The notes under the pieces are model-generated. The model saw only the letters and a list, made by a program, of their open reading frames with translations, was not told where the DNA came from and searched no databases. A program made the translations under genes and the position numbers. Positions 63,381 to 64,000 of a stretch of DNA of 64,000 bases are shown in pieces. This DNA is from Lingula anatina (lineage: Eukaryota > Animalia > Brachiopoda): assembly GCA_051362555.1 (NCBI GenBank), contig CM120643.1:9300001-9364000 (forward strand), given 5' to 3'. Position 1 is the first letter of the stretch. The number at the start of each line of letters is the position of its first letter.

Positions 63381-63801
63381 TTTGTAGCCTGTATCTTTGC
63401 TTGTTATTAAGCTACAAAATTCTATGTTAAAATAAACCTTATTATCTCATCAGAACATCTGAATGATTATTTGAGCTAGCGGAAATTACATGTAGATCTT
63501 ACCCACTTGATGATTCAGGGCGAGGAAAGATTCCGCTTCTATGTGTACCAGTATAGAACTACAGAGACAGAAATCTATCAGTATAAACAGATCCATCCTT
63601 TATCAAAATTATTATTCTGACTGTGTCTCTGATGGAGGATTTACTCAATGTACCTCGTCCAAAAAAACTGATATTTAATATACAGTTTTCTTCGAACATA
63701 CAGTTTTCTCCGAACTATGCTGGTATTTAGTATTTCTTATGAAGCTGTATGCGACCGCACTGAAGGCGTAGATAATATTATAATGTGGTCTGAAATCATC
63801 T

Positions 63802-64000
63802 GGGCCCGGTTGCACCAACCGGTCGTAAGTGAGGCGTAGCAGTTGCGCCGGCGTAAACCGGGCGCAAAATGCTACGCCCGAGAAAAGCCAGTTGCACCAA
63901 ACTGGAGTAGTGTTTACGTCGGTCTTAACTTAGTCGTAAATTTACGCCTGCTAGTTAGGTGGAGTAAGTCGGTCGTAGCTCGTTTTCCACTATGGCTAGG
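63802..64000. mobile_element. Probable Harbinger-like MITE, truncated by window end
   Basis: Abrupt CpG-rich sequence starting GGGCCCGGTTGCACCAAC with an internal repeat of GTTGCACCAA. The second terminus is not visible. Confidence 0.45.

Overview
Eukaryotic, AT-rich, intron-containing animal genomic DNA; a lophotrochozoan such as a mollusc is my inference from gene style and repeat content. Four protein-coding genes can be assembled by hand from GT-AG exons. (1) The 3' 19 coding exons of membrane-bound transcription factor site-1 protease (MBTPS1, +, 236-12394). (2) A complete 4-exon Mediator subunit 10 (MED10, -, 16906-15504), convergent with MBTPS1, with apparently overlapping poly(A) regions. 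(3) A complete ~4432-aa sacsin-like gene (+, 26954-48908) with three HSP90-like sacsin repeats, a J-domain and a HEPN domain, no N-terminal UBL, and an 11-kb exon. (4) The 5' part of a kyphoscoliosis-peptidase/transglutaminase-like gene (+, from 60350) with an MGCxxS acylation-type N-terminus. Introns and intergenic DNA hold many non-autonomous DNA transposons, often nested. These include a Helentron-type (HINE) element carrying an 11 x 146-bp satellite array, whose empty site is also in the window; a foldback element with inverted 20-bp arrays in the MED10 promoter; CAG...CTG MITEs with 5-6 bp TSDs; Harbinger-like MITEs; and TAG...CTA elements. I found no RNA genes, CRISPR array or autonomous transposase, and no demonstrably new biological system. 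The best leads are the nuclear-receptor-motif-rich satellite cargo upstream of sacsin and the sacsin HEPN motif. All coordinates were read by eye.
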